Source of the DNA: Candidatus Latescibacterota bacterium
Lineage (GTDB): Bacteria; Latescibacterota; UBA2968; GCA-2709665
NCBI GenBank assembly: GCA_963667175.2
Contig: CAXXXF010000002.1
Span: forward strand, 224,001 to 288,000
Length of the DNA stretch: 64,000 nucleotides
Reading direction: 5' to 3'
In this document: positions 13,426-23,765 of the stretch, in pieces
Numbering within the stretch: position 1 is the stretch's first letter
Layout of the letters: the number at the start of each line of letters is the position of its first letter
Position numbers and translations under genes: made by a program
The notes under the pieces: generated by a model
Databases searched by the model: none
Told to the model about the DNA's origin: nothing
Seen by the model: only the letters and a program-made list of their open reading frames with translations

Positions 13426-13779
13426 TCAGCGGTCAGCCTTCAGCCAAGAGCAAAGGCGACAACCAAAACCGAAAAAACAAGAGCCGTCAGCCATCAGCCA
13501 TCAGCCTGAAACAAAAGGCAAAAGCCAAACAGCAATGCGTAAATGGCGCAAATATCAGCGCAGTTGTTGTCGTGGTAGGGGCGGTTCGAGAACCGCCCAA
13601 ATACAGGCGCAGGATCTGTGATCCCCTCACGCGGTCCTGATTTACGCCCCCTCTCCCCCCGGGAGAGGGGGTCTGGGGGAGAGGTCTGCGCCCCTTTCGG
13701 TTCTTTCTAATCATGGCGCGGAAGTCAATGGGTTGATTTCGCTTCAAGCTGACTGCTGAAAGCTGATGGCTGATCGCTG
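13426..13779. repeat. Intergenic repeat composite: inverted heptamer arms (TCAGCnn / nnGCTGA) enclosing REP-like hairpins
   Basis: tcagcggtcagccttcagc and gtcagccatcagccatcagc at left; gctgactgctgaaagctgatggctga at right; inside gtaggggcggttcgagaaccgccc and cccctctccc...gggagagggg. Confidence 0.55.
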
Positions 13780-13780
13780 T

Positions 13781-16700
13781 CTATCTTCCTCCAACACTTT
13801 GCAGGTATCCGAAAAGCAGGGTGAAGTAGAATTTGAAACCGCTTTTTTCCAGTTCCTCGCCGGGTGCCACGCGCGGTACCGTGTCCATGCCGTAGGCGAC
13901 GTCCAGGCTGGCGCGGGTCGGAAAGGTGTAGAAGGACGTGGCGTCGTAGCGGATCTGGACGCCGACGTCCCGCTTCCAGCCGCGGTTGAGCACGCTGTCC
14001 ATTTCGTCGCCGTCCCAGGCGCGGCCGATACCTGCGAAGACGGATCCGAAGAGCTGGTCGGAGTAGATGGGACCAGTCTGCCGATCCATCCCGGTCCGGA
14101 TGGGAAAGCGGTACGCGGCGCGGAACATGGCGGCCCTCCGGCCTTCCAGGCTATAGAACGTATATCCCTTCATATACGGCAGGCCGCCGAGGAAATAGTC
14201 GAAGTAGTCATCCACTTCGCTGTCGATCATCCCGCCGTAAAAGCGCAGCCCGAGTGCGCTGCGTCCGGGACCCACCGGCAGGTATTCGATCCAGCTCAGG
14301 GTCAGCCGGTTGTAGAAGTAGCGGTCGAACGTCTCAATCAGAAGGGACGTGTCTTCCTTGAACCCGCTGATGAAATAATTGAACTGACGGTCATAGCGGA
14401 ACCGCATCTCCCGGCCGGCGCGCGGGTTGATCTCCCGGTCTCTGGTACGGAGGACGTTGTTCAGGGAATACGTGAATGAAAAATTGAAGCCGTGGTGGGT
14501 GGTGGCGCCGACGCTTACTTCGCCCATGCCGTTGAAGCGGGCTACGTCCTGGCCGGTGGTCGACAGGTTGTAGATGAATCGCGCGTCCATGCGGCTGCCG
14601 GCGCCCAGCCGGCGCCATGCCCCGAGTTCCACGCCCGAAAGCGTGAACGTCTGACTGAAGATGCGGAAGTTTTCGTCCCGGTTGAGTACGTCGTCTTCTT
14701 CGTGACGGACGGCCCGGTAGGCTTCCAGAAAGACGGTCGGCCGCCAGCGGCGGTACTCGTAGACCGCGAAGAGGTCCAGGTCCAGGTCACGGGCGGCCAT
14801 GGCCCCCACGAGCAGGGACTGTTTGTTGAGTACGTCGTTGGATCCGGCGAAGATGCCCAGTTTGAACTTTCCCGCGTCTATGGCAATGCGCGGATAGATC
14901 GACGTTGTGGAGAATTCGTTGCCATAGGAACGGGCTTTGGCGCCCGCTACTTGAGGAGCCAGAGGCAAGGGGGGAGACGACGTGGCGTCGGGCGCGAAGA
15001 TGCCCGGCGCCACCGGTTCCCAGGCGCCTTTGCCGGATATGACCCGGATCTCGTACCCTGAAGCGCCGTAGTGGGAAAAGGCAATGCGGCGGTCCCCGGG
15101 ATTGACGTGCGGCTGAAGAGCGCCCCCCAGAACACGGGTGACGCGGTGCGCGGCGCCGTCGATCAGGCTGAAGTGATACAGGTTGAAGATGCCGTCCTGA
15201 TCGGAGGCGAAGACCAGACCCGCCCCGTCGGGAGTCCAGGAAGGATCGCGGTCCGTGCCCGACGAACCGATGACCGGGATGAGCCGTCCCCCATCGGCAG
15301 GTACGATGGCAATGTCCCGGGTTTCGTTCGGACGGAACACCGAGCAGGCGATCTGCGAACCGTCGGGCGACCAGCGAGGCGTGTAGACCTGTGAACCGTC
15401 GTCGAATGACGTGAGCCGGCGAAGGTTTCCGCCGTCGACGTCCATCACGGCCAGGTTGGTGGAACCGCGGCCGTTAATCACCAGAGCGATCTGTTTTCCA
15501 TTCGGTGAATACGCCGGATGGCTGGCGCGGAGTCCGTGCGTCAGACGACTCTGGTTGGGTGGCAGTTTCTGAGACAGACCGAGTGTCGCCCGCGTCTTCT
15601 GAAACAGGCCGCCGTCCCGCGACGCGGTCGGGTCGACCGTATACAGATCCCGGAAACGGGAGCCGTATCTGTCGGGCGCGCTGCGGCGGGCGAAGATGAG
15701 GCGGGGGCCGTTCGGCGACCAGTCCGGCGCCGTGTCCGCGCCGCCGGCGAGGGTCCTGGACGTGCTGTCAGAGAGCGTATGCACAACCAGGGCGGTACGG
15801 CCGAAGTCGCTGCCCTGGTTGGTGAGATGAGCCAGTTGTCTTCCATCCCGCGACCAGCGGGGATGGAGGTTGAAGTACCCCTTGCCGTGAAGGATTTCGC
15901 CATCGACCAGGCGTCCTTCGAGTTCGGCCTTCTGAACTTCGTACCGTTCTTCCAGGGCGGCAACCCAGCGCCGGTGGAGTTCGCGCCCGGAGATGCCGAT
16001 GGCGCCGCGGACGGCGGATTCGAAGTCGGTTCGCCACAACCTGGTCATATTACGGTAGATTTCCGGCAGTTTGCCCTCGCCGAACGTGTTGACAATGAAC
16101 AGGGTCAGGGCGTAGCCGTGGTCGTACACCTTCTCCAGACCCAGGCCGGTCTTGGACCCGAATACGCCCATTTCCTCGTAGGTGAGCAACCGGTTGTGCA
16201 GCGTGGACATGCGCAGGATCATGTCGCGGTGGGAGTCCCAGCGGTCGAAATGGACGTCCGGCGCCATATATTGGGCGGTTCCTTCGGCGAACCACGGCGG
16301 TACGATGGTCAGGGGAACGGCGTAAGACGCAAAGACGTCCGGATAGCCCGTGAGAATATCGTCGCGCCGTTCTTCGTTCTGGTAGCCCAGATAGTGGAAG
16401 TAAATCGCGGGCATGCGTCGCGGGCCCTTTCGGGCCGTCTGCAGCGAAATGATGTGGGTGAATTCATGCGCGATCACATTCTGCAGCCAGTTGGTGTCCC
16501 CGCGAAGTTCGAATTCCAGGCTGGACGCCCAGATTTCCATGGTGTTGTGATAATAAAAGGCCGCGCCATTGGCATAGTCGTCGGTGTCTTTCAGGATCAG
16601 CCGTATTTTTTCGTCCGGAGTGAAACCGTAGAACGTCGTGACCGGGCCGTACACGGTTTCGGCGGCCGTTGCGGCGCGACGGGCAAAGTCGGCGAGGCCC

Positions 16701-16900
16701 TGATGGTAGTATATCTTGAAGTGGGCGGTCTCCAGGACCTCCCAGCGCAACTCGGGATGGTTGGCGTCGAACTGGGCGACGGCCGGCAACGGCGCCCACA
16801 ACAGCGCGGCCAGGCACATCCCGACGGTCATGCGCGACGAGCGCCGTGTCCGACCGCTATTGCGCGCCTGTCGTATACAATGTACTTCCCGTGTATGCAT
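13781..16900 (-). CDS. Outer-membrane protein: peptidase MA-like domain, PD40/TolB beta-propeller and BamA/TamA-like barrel
   Basis: IAHEFTH...WFAEG, repeated P.WSPDG motifs, FLGG..YMKGY barrel motif. Confidence 0.75.
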   Translation of the reverse strand: MHTREVHCIRQARNSGRTRRSSRMTVGMCLAALLWAPLPAVAQFDANHPELRWEVLETAHFKIYYHQGLADFARRAATAAETVYGPVTTFYGFTPDEKIRLILKDTDDYANGAAFYYHNTMEIWASSLEFELRGDTNWLQNVIAHEFTHIISLQTARKGPRRMPAIYFHYLGYQNEERRDDILTGYPDVFASYAVPLTIVPPWFAEGTAQYMAPDVHFDRWDSHRDMILRMSTLHNRLLTYEEMGVFGSKTGLGLEKVYDHGYALTLFIVNTFGEGKLPEIYRNMTRLWRTDFESAVRGAIGISGRELHRRWVAALEERYEVQKAELEGRLVDGEILHGKGYFNLHPRWSRDGRQLAHLTNQGSDFGRTALVVHTLSDSTSRTLAGGADTAPDWSPNGPRLIFARRSAPDRYGSRFRDLYTVDPTASRDGGLFQKTRATLGLSQKLPPNQSRLTHGLRASHPAYSPNGKQIALVINGRGSTNLAVMDVDGGNLRRLTSFDDGSQVYTPRWSPDGSQIACSVFRPNETRDIAIVPADGGRLIPVIGSSGTDRDPSWTPDGAGLVFASDQDGIFNLYHFSLIDGAAHRVTRVLGGALQPHVNPGDRRIAFSHYGASGYEIRVISGKGAWEPVAPGIFAPDATSSPPLPLAPQVAGAKARSYGNEFSTTSIYPRIAIDAGKFKLGIFAGSNDVLNKQSLLVGAMAARDLDLDLFAVYEYRRWRPTVFLEAYRAVRHEEDDVLNRDENFRIFSQTFTLSGVELGAWRRLGAGSRMDARFIYNLSTTGQDVARFNGMGEVSVGATTHHGFNFSFTYSLNNVLRTRDREINPRAGREMRFRYDRQFNYFISGFKEDTSLLIETFDRYFYNRLTLSWIEYLPVGPGRSALGLRFYGGMIDSEVDDYFDYFLGGLPYMKGYTFYSLEGRRAAMFRAAYRFPIRTGMDRQTGPIYSDQLFGSVFAGIGRAWDGDEMDSVLNRGWKRDVGVQIRYDATSFYTFPTRASLDVAYGMDTVPRVAPGEELEKSGFKFYFTLLFGYLQSVGGR

Positions 16901-16907
16901 CGGACGG

Positions 16908-19900
16908 TTATCTGATGATCGCGGTTTTGACGAAGCGGACTTCGGTTCGTTCTTCGGAAATGGCTTCCACGCGGCATACGTAGAAACCGCTGGCGTAGTC
17001 GCCGGTGTTCCATCGGAGTTCGTTGTCCGTACGGGGCGTCGGATTTTCCATGGTCATCCTGTCGACGATCTCACCCAGCGCGTTGAGTACGGCCACCTGG
17101 ACGCGGGCGCTCCTTCCGAGAAAAAACCGGATCGTGGCCGACGTCCCGCGAATGGGATTGGGATAGCAGTAGACCTGGTCGGGAGGCAGGAGCAGCGACG
17201 TGGTTTCCGGCGGCGGATCGCTGGGCAGCGTGAGGAGACGGCCCGCGTTTCCCGGCCCCCCTCCCGCCTGGCTCCAGACGAGATGATCACCCGTAAAATG
17301 GGCGTCGAACGTCTCGAGGTGCCAGAGATGCGCGGCGCCGTCTGTCGTGAAGACGACCAGCTCGAGGGTGCCGTCGCCGTCCAGGTCGTCAAGCAGGGGC
17401 GATGCGTGGACCGGACCTGAAACGGGCAGAGGAAAGGACGCAAGGCCTGAGCCGTCAGCGCCGAGACCGTACACCAGGCCTCCCTTTGTGGCCGCGAAAA
17501 TGTCCAGATCGCCGTCCAGGTTGACGTCGGCAAGCACGGGCGGCGCCGAGATCAGACCGGTTTCGTCCTTAAGCGGAAACGCGAGCGGCGTATCGGTCTG
17601 GCGCACCCCGTTGAAGCGCACCACCCAAAGGCGTCCCTCGCCGCCGAAGATCGCCTCGACGTAACCGTCTTCGTCCAGATCGCCCAGCACGGGCGCCGAA
17701 CCCGCGCCGCCGGGCACCGGCGCGCTTTGAGCCGTCATTCTCCCGCTGGAAAAGATGGATACCACGCCGTTCGCGTCCAGCGCGACGATCTCATCCCTCC
17801 CGTCCCTGTCCAGGTCGCCCAGGACAGGGGTTCCCGGGACGGGACCGGAAAGCGTGCCCACCTGCCGGACGTCTCCATTCGCTTCGGCAACGAAGAGCCC
17901 GCCGTCGCCCGTCAGGGCGACAATCTCGCTGGCCGGATCGTCGTCCACGTTTCCCGCCGCCAGGCCGATGACGGGTCCGCTGCCCATCTGCGCCACGCCC
18001 GTGTTCGCTCCCTCCAGATTGCCCCAGGTCACGTCGCCGTTCGTCCAGCCCCAGACGTCCACCGTCCCGTCCGCAAACCTCGTGACGACCGGCGGGCAGG
18101 AGATCTCCCGCGCCGGGCCAGCGGACGGGGCCGTGGTTCCGTTGCGTCGCCACAGAACGGGCGAGGGGCCCCGCGCGTAGATGAAATCGGCTTCGCCGTC
18201 TCCGTCGACGTCCCCCACGGCGGGGGTAAACGAGGTGACGAAGGGAAACGCGGCATCGGCCGGCAGGACGGCAGGATTTCCGCTTAGAGAGAGCGGCAGG
18301 GCGATGGGTTCCGCGGACGTCACGGCGGGGTCGGGGCCGAAGTGGCCGCCGCTGCGGAGGATTTCCTTGATGCCGTCGCCGTCAAGGTCGATTGCCCGGG
18401 GGGCCTGCAGCCCGACGTTCGCCAACCCGGTTGCGGGCCACGCATCCTGCTGGTAGTCAAACGTAATGACGACGTCCATCGTATCAGCAGGGGGGCTGAG
18501 GACTTGAATCGTGATTCCCGTGGGATAGTTCAGGTTGCTGTTGGTGGCGGGCACGGTGTCCGGCCCGAAACGCGACGCGTTGCCCGAGTAGAACGGATCG
18601 CGCGCGCCGCCTTCGATGGCATCCAGGCTGATGATACCGGCCTGCACAACCCGGTTTGCGGCATTGTTGCCGATATCTTCCAGGCCGTCGGCCTCCTCCA
18701 GCGAGATGCCCCGCCGGTATTGCCCCCCGGCGATAAGATACTGCGGATTGCTGTTGACGGCAACGCCGTCGCCGCTGGCCTGGATGACCGCGTCGTCCAC
18801 GTGCCAGATCAGAATGCCGGAACCCGGAATGAAGGCGTCGTAGTCGTCCATCGAGAGCCATACGCGATCTCCGGATGAGAATTCGATTTCCGGTTTGCGC
18901 CCGTGTACGGCGAGCCGGGAGATTCGGTTTTCCAGGAGGAAATATTCGGTGGCGCTGACGGGGATCTTGACGGCCTGGGGCAGGTTGGAACCCGGAACGT
19001 GCGGGGCAGCCAGCCGCACGGTGTCGTTCCGCGTGACGACGGTCGGTTCCAGCCACCCGAGGCGGATACGGGACCACGCGAGCAGACGGCTCGGCACAAA
19101 ACCGATGAGCAGGCTGTCTCCCGGGTCCGCGCTCAGCGGCTGAAGGCCCAGGCGGGCCGCGGAGGCGCCGGCGCCGGGGCCTCCGGTATCCAGCGGGCTC
19201 CAGTCTCCCACCGCCGGGAGCTCGTCTTCGAAATTCGACAGCCCCGGCAGGCCCAGCTGGTGCGCGAAGAACCGAACAAGCGTTCCGTTCAGACCGGCCC
19301 TTCCGTCCGTGCCGACGGCTTCGGGCAGCAACATGCCGTTATGGACGGCCTCCGACCCGTCGTCCACCGCCACCGGCCCGTTCGCAAACCGGTCGAGGTC
19401 ATTGCGGGACACGAAAGCGGACGGAATATCGTTAATGGCCTGTCCGCCGGCCTCCGCTCCGAGCCCGGCGTGAAAGACCACGAAGGCCTGGAAAGCCGAA
19501 AAATCCAGGTTTGCCCCTTCGGCGCCGTCGGCGGCCGCGATCCCGTCGCGGAAGAGCCGCGTGATACGCTCGGCGATTTCGTTTCTGGTGCGGCCGTTGC
19601 CGTATTCCTTGAGCGGCCGGTCCAGAACGTAGCTGCCGTCCGCATCCTCCGGAAACACGGTGTATTCTATATTGAGCCGTCCTTCGGAGATTTCCAGATA
19701 GTAGTTGCGCAGGGCCTGGAGGTGCGCTTCAAAATAGGATTTGTCGTGCGGGGGGGCATCGAAGGGGAAGACGTAATCGTCGCGGACCGAATCGAAGGTC
19801 CGGAGATCAAAAGCGCCGTTTCCGCTGGTCGTCCCGTCGTCGGGATCTTCCACCGAAAAGGACACGCGGACCGCGAGGATGCGCCAGGTTTCCTCAGCGC

Positions 19901-20027
19901 CCTGAGCGACGCGCGGAGGCAGAACGAGACAGAAAAAGCAAGTGGCGAGAAGGAACGCGGATGTCGTCTGCTTCTGCGCTACTCGCGTCTGCAGCCTGCG
20001 TCTGGGTTCAACCCGCCGCAACCACAC
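16908..20027 (-). CDS. M6 immune-inhibitor-A-like protein with FG-GAP repeats and T9SS-type C-terminal domain
   Basis: EYFLLENR, GILIWHVD, several GDLDxDG repeats, C-terminal YCYPNP...ASGFYVCRV; HExxH degenerate (RFFAH). Confidence 0.75.
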   Translation of the reverse strand: MWLRRVEPRRRLQTRVAQKQTTSAFLLATCFFCLVLPPRVAQGAEETWRILAVRVSFSVEDPDDGTTSGNGAFDLRTFDSVRDDYVFPFDAPPHDKSYFEAHLQALRNYYLEISEGRLNIEYTVFPEDADGSYVLDRPLKEYGNGRTRNEIAERITRLFRDGIAAADGAEGANLDFSAFQAFVVFHAGLGAEAGGQAINDIPSAFVSRNDLDRFANGPVAVDDGSEAVHNGMLLPEAVGTDGRAGLNGTLVRFFAHQLGLPGLSNFEDELPAVGDWSPLDTGGPGAGASAARLGLQPLSADPGDSLLIGFVPSRLLAWSRIRLGWLEPTVVTRNDTVRLAAPHVPGSNLPQAVKIPVSATEYFLLENRISRLAVHGRKPEIEFSSGDRVWLSMDDYDAFIPGSGILIWHVDDAVIQASGDGVAVNSNPQYLIAGGQYRRGISLEEADGLEDIGNNAANRVVQAGIISLDAIEGGARDPFYSGNASRFGPDTVPATNSNLNYPTGITIQVLSPPADTMDVVITFDYQQDAWPATGLANVGLQAPRAIDLDGDGIKEILRSGGHFGPDPAVTSAEPIALPLSLSGNPAVLPADAAFPFVTSFTPAVGDVDGDGEADFIYARGPSPVLWRRNGTTAPSAGPAREISCPPVVTRFADGTVDVWGWTNGDVTWGNLEGANTGVAQMGSGPVIGLAAGNVDDDPASEIVALTGDGGLFVAEANGDVRQVGTLSGPVPGTPVLGDLDRDGRDEIVALDANGVVSIFSSGRMTAQSAPVPGGAGSAPVLGDLDEDGYVEAIFGGEGRLWVVRFNGVRQTDTPLAFPLKDETGLISAPPVLADVNLDGDLDIFAATKGGLVYGLGADGSGLASFPLPVSGPVHASPLLDDLDGDGTLELVVFTTDGAAHLWHLETFDAHFTGDHLVWSQAGGGPGNAGRLLTLPSDPPPETTSLLLPPDQVYCYPNPIRGTSATIRFFLGRSARVQVAVLNALGEIVDRMTMENPTPRTDNELRWNTGDYASGFYVCRVEAISEERTEVRFVKTAIIR

Positions 20028-20091
20028 GATGGTTTTCGACCTTTTGAGAAGTCAATCGAAAAACAGCGGAAGGATAAGCCGTTCCATCGTC

Positions 20092-21138
20092 CTAGAATGA
20101 GAAGCCGCCCGTGAATCGAAAGACGTTTTGGATGGCGGATCCGCTGCTGGCAAAGTAGGAGAGATCGAACGTCGCCCAGTTGTATTTCAGGCCCAGACCG
20201 AAGGTCGGGCTCTTCCGGTCGCCGTCCTCATCGTGGAAATACCCCGTCCGCAGGGCGAAGGCGGACTCTTCGGAAAGGTTGTACGTCCATTCGATGCCCG
20301 CATGATAGTCGATGTCCTTGATTTCCTCGCCACCGTTTCGGTCGCTCCAGCCCGTGGCAAAGGAGAAAAAGCCCTCGTCGGCCAGGGGTTTATAGACGTC
20401 CGCGGCAAGAAGCAGCGTTGAATTCCCGCGCTGCAGCGCCGTATGTGCGATCCCGATGGTGAAATTCTGCGGGAGCGGATCGGCCTGGTCCGCATCGATG
20501 AACGTAATATTAGGCCCCACGTTTCGAAGCGCCCAGGCCAGCGTGAACCGATCCGATGCTCTCCACATGAATCCCAGGTCGCCGGCGAAAGACGTGCCGG
20601 CGCCCTTTCCCTTTTCGATGCCGGCCCCCTGACTGGCCAGTTTCTCGTGAATGAACTTCATGGTCGCGCCCACGGAAACGTCTTTCACGATAAAGGTTCC
20701 ATAGGATACGGCCACGGCCAGGCCGAAGCTCGTAAATTTGCCCAGGTCCTGCCCCTGGGAGTCGGTGCGGTGCTGGGACCCGAGGGACGTGTAGATCAGG
20801 CTGAAGCCCAGGTTGCCCACGCCTTCGACCGGCTGCGTGTACGCGCCGAAGGAGGTGAAAATGTCGCTGGCCAGCGATGGAACGGGCTTGTACATCGTTG
20901 TGCTCATATGCCTGTTCGTGTCGTCTGCCAGGGCGGCCGGATTGTAATAGGTTGCGTTGGCGCCGTCGGCGATCGCGATATAGGCCTCACCCATCCCAGC
21001 GGAACGCGCGCTGGGTTGAAAGAGAAGAAAGGGCGCCGCGGCCTGGCTCTCCGGCGTCGCCCACGACGGGCCCGGATACGCGAACACGAAGAAGAGGAGA
21101 ATGCCGGTCAGGCACACGCACAATGGGTTTCTTTTCAT
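20092..21138 (-). CDS. porV: PorV/PorQ-family outer-membrane beta-barrel
   Basis: FLLFQPSARSAGMGEA, ATYYNPAAL, N.GP.I.FID..QADPLP, ALRTGY, C-terminal Phe. Confidence 0.8.
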   Translation of the reverse strand: MKRNPLCVCLTGILLFFVFAYPGPSWATPESQAAAPFLLFQPSARSAGMGEAYIAIADGANATYYNPAALADDTNRHMSTTMYKPVPSLASDIFTSFGAYTQPVEGVGNLGFSLIYTSLGSQHRTDSQGQDLGKFTSFGLAVAVSYGTFIVKDVSVGATMKFIHEKLASQGAGIEKGKGAGTSFAGDLGFMWRASDRFTLAWALRNVGPNITFIDADQADPLPQNFTIGIAHTALQRGNSTLLLAADVYKPLADEGFFSFATGWSDRNGGEEIKDIDYHAGIEWTYNLSEESAFALRTGYFHDEDGDRKSPTFGLGLKYNWATFDLSYFASSGSAIQNVFRFTGGFSF

Positions 21139-21359
21139 GGGGTTCGGCTCCTTAAGGGGTTATTCGATCGATCGGGCCCGGCGGAAATTGTCGAGGCGAC
21201 AGGGCACAAAAAACCGGGTGCGGAAAGGGGTGGCACGGTGTGTAACCCCTTCTCTTGTCCGGCGACCCGGGTAAACGCTGCAACGGCACGGACACTCCAC
21301 TCGCCACAGCAGTCCGTTGAAAAAGTCGCTCTGCAGGTATTCGGTCACAAGGGCCGGAC

Positions 21360-21390
21360 GCCTGTCTGCGTGCGAACGCACAGGCAGGCA
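21360..21390. repeat. REP-like palindrome of the CCTG(C/T)CTG...CAG(G/A)CAGG family
   Basis: gcctgtctgcgtgcgaacgcacaggcaggca; related copies at about 31539-31573 and 47585-47617. Confidence 0.6.
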
Positions 21391-21622
21391 GTCCGGATGG
21401 ACTTTTCCAACGGGCTGATCGGTTTTTGCAACAAACCCGCAACGCGACGAACGCTGGGGATTTTAAAACAACTTCCAAGGGCAAAACACATCAGCGAATG
21501 TTCGGAATAGGCGCTCCTGCCGGAAAAAAGCTTGTTCGACAACCGGTGGTTGACTATTTTCTGTCAACTTGAGAGGGGCCGGATTCGTGTTTCAAGCGTC
21601 CGTCATTGAAAGGGACCACGTC

Positions 21623-21880
21623 GTGATTGACAAGGAACTGCTCGATATTCTGGCCTGCCCTGAAAACAAGACACCCGTAAGGCTGGCAGGTCGGGGATTG
21701 ATCGAAAGGATTAACGAATGCATCGAAAAGGGCGAAGTGAGCAACAGGCGCGGAACCCCCGTCGAGAACCCCATTGACGGTGGCCTCGTTCGAGAGGACG
21801 GCGCTTACCTGTATCCGATTGAAGACAACGTCCCGATCATGCTGGTCGAAGAGGCGATACCGCTTTCGAACGTCCGCTGA
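21623..21880 (+). CDS. Trm112-like protein
   Basis: LLDILACP...YPIEDNVPIMLVEEAI. Confidence 0.85.
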   Translation: MIDKELLDILACPENKTPVRLAGRGLIERINECIEKGEVSNRRGTPVENPIDGGLVREDGAYLYPIEDNVPIMLVEEAIPLSNVR

Positions 21881-22187
21881 CGATTCAGACAACGTCGTTT
21901 CCGGGAAGCCCGGCGACGTCTCTTTCCGGGAGGATGTAAAAGGGCAGCAACCGGCGCTTCGCCGCGACCCCGGAGATCGAACTTCCCTGGAATCTCAGGG
22001 AGCGAAAAAATTACGTTAATCGTCGCCGGAATGTCAAGTCTTTTCGTCGATTTCAAGATATAAACGCATCTGGAGTACAGTGGTTCCCGACTTTTCCGTT
22101 CGGCCGTCACAATTTCCCGGTCGGAGTCGCAGCAAATGGGAGATGGACGGCCGTCCCCTCTGAACCGTTATCCTGAACTCATCTCTC

Positions 22188-23762
22188 GTGCCTCGCGTTC
22201 CGCCGAATCCGCTGCTTGCGGCCTGTCTCTTCGCGACTCTGAATACCGGGTTCGCCGCCTGCGAGCGGGCGCCCGACGGATCCGTCCTGACCGCCCCGCC
22301 GTCAGGCCGGGTGATCTGGCGGACGTGGTCGGCGCGGGATTCCGCGCGTGTTCTCAATCGACCGCTGTTTCTTTATCTGTATTCCAGCCGGTCCTACTGG
22401 TGCCGGGATATGGTCAGACGGTGTTTCGGCGACGCTGAACTGGCGCGGTCGATCGGACGGGGAACGTGGCCGGTGCGGGTGGACGTGGACCGGCGGCCCG
22501 ACCTGGCGGAGCGGTTCGGCGTGGGCGGCTGGCCGTCAACGGCGATCCTGACTCCCGACGCCGACTGGATGACCGGGTCCACGTATCTGGATCCGGAAGA
22601 TTTGCGGGAACTGTTGCGACGGGTGCGGGTCTATTTCAACAGCCCGAAGCGCTGGAGCGATTTTGAACGCGCGCGTCGAAATCTGGCGCGGTGGGTGGCG
22701 AGAGAGGCGACGGACCTGCCCCGGGAAGCGCCTGCCACCGGCCTTCTGCGCCAATTTGCCGACAGCACCGTGGCCGCGTTGGAGCGGGGAGAGGCGACGG
22801 GCCACGAGACCTTTCTCGCCCTTCTCGACGCGGACGAATCGGCGGCGCGGGACCTGGCGCTGAGGCGGCTGAAGGAGATCGCCTCGAGTCCGTTGCGCGA
22901 TTCCGACGGGATGTTCTTCCAGCGCCGGCTCACGCCGGACGGCGCCGTACTCGACAGAGAAAAGACGCTGGCGGCAAACGCGGGTTGGCTGACCGTTCTG
23001 GCGCGGGTGGACACGGCCGCGGCGGTTGACCTGGGCGACGCGCTGGCGGGAGGGCTCTATGCTCCGCAGGCGGGCTTGTTCGTTGCCGGTCTCGCGGGGT
23101 TTTCGGAACAATCCGGAGAAGCAGTCCTCCTGAAGTCGGGTCTCGCGGCCCCGAGAGATCCGGCTGTCTATACCTCCTGGAACGCCCTGGCCGTTACCGG
23201 GTTTGTCGCGCTCTATCGGGCTTCCGGAACCACCGCGTATCTGGATCTTGCGCGTGACGTTCTGGCGTCCGTCCGAACGCGGCTCACCCATCCGGACGGC
23301 GGCGTGCGGCACGTACTGCACCCTCCGGGAGAACCGCTGTTTCTGCTGGCGGACCAGGCCCTGGTTGCGCGGGCTGCGCTGGACCTGTACAGTGCCGGCG
23401 GCGGTGATTTCCGGTTCGCATCGGAACTCGCCGACGTCATGCTGGAGCGGCTCTACGATGACGCGGGCGCGCTGCGCGACCGCTGGCCGGAGCCGGACGT
23501 GGCCGTCATCCACGCGGTGGACCGTCTGGTCCCGTCGGGTAACGGAGTGGCCGTTCAGGTGCTTTCGAGGCTGTACGCGCTGACCGGGCATTCGCGCTAT
23601 CGAGAAACGGCCGGTGAGATACTTGAGACGCTGGCGAACAGCCACCTCCGGCGCGCGCCCAATGCGGGCGCGCTGTTCAGAGGAATGGCGATGTACCTGC
23701 GCCCGGGAGCCGGGCGTGCCTCCCGGTCCGAGCCCCGAGAATTCCAACGCGAACTTCCGTAA
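22188..23762 (+). CDS. Thioredoxin-domain DUF255/YyaL-like protein
   Basis: WC..M, VDVDRRPDL...GGWPST, EKTL..NA, YTSWNAL, PSGNG. Confidence 0.8.
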   Translation: MPRVPPNPLLAACLFATLNTGFAACERAPDGSVLTAPPSGRVIWRTWSARDSARVLNRPLFLYLYSSRSYWCRDMVRRCFGDAELARSIGRGTWPVRVDVDRRPDLAERFGVGGWPSTAILTPDADWMTGSTYLDPEDLRELLRRVRVYFNSPKRWSDFERARRNLARWVAREATDLPREAPATGLLRQFADSTVAALERGEATGHETFLALLDADESAARDLALRRLKEIASSPLRDSDGMFFQRRLTPDGAVLDREKTLAANAGWLTVLARVDTAAAVDLGDALAGGLYAPQAGLFVAGLAGFSEQSGEAVLLKSGLAAPRDPAVYTSWNALAVTGFVALYRASGTTAYLDLARDVLASVRTRLTHPDGGVRHVLHPPGEPLFLLADQALVARAALDLYSAGGGDFRFASELADVMLERLYDDAGALRDRWPEPDVAVIHAVDRLVPSGNGVAVQVLSRLYALTGHSRYRETAGEILETLANSHLRRAPNAGALFRGMAMYLRPGAGRASRSEPREFQRELP

Positions 23763-23765
23763 CCT

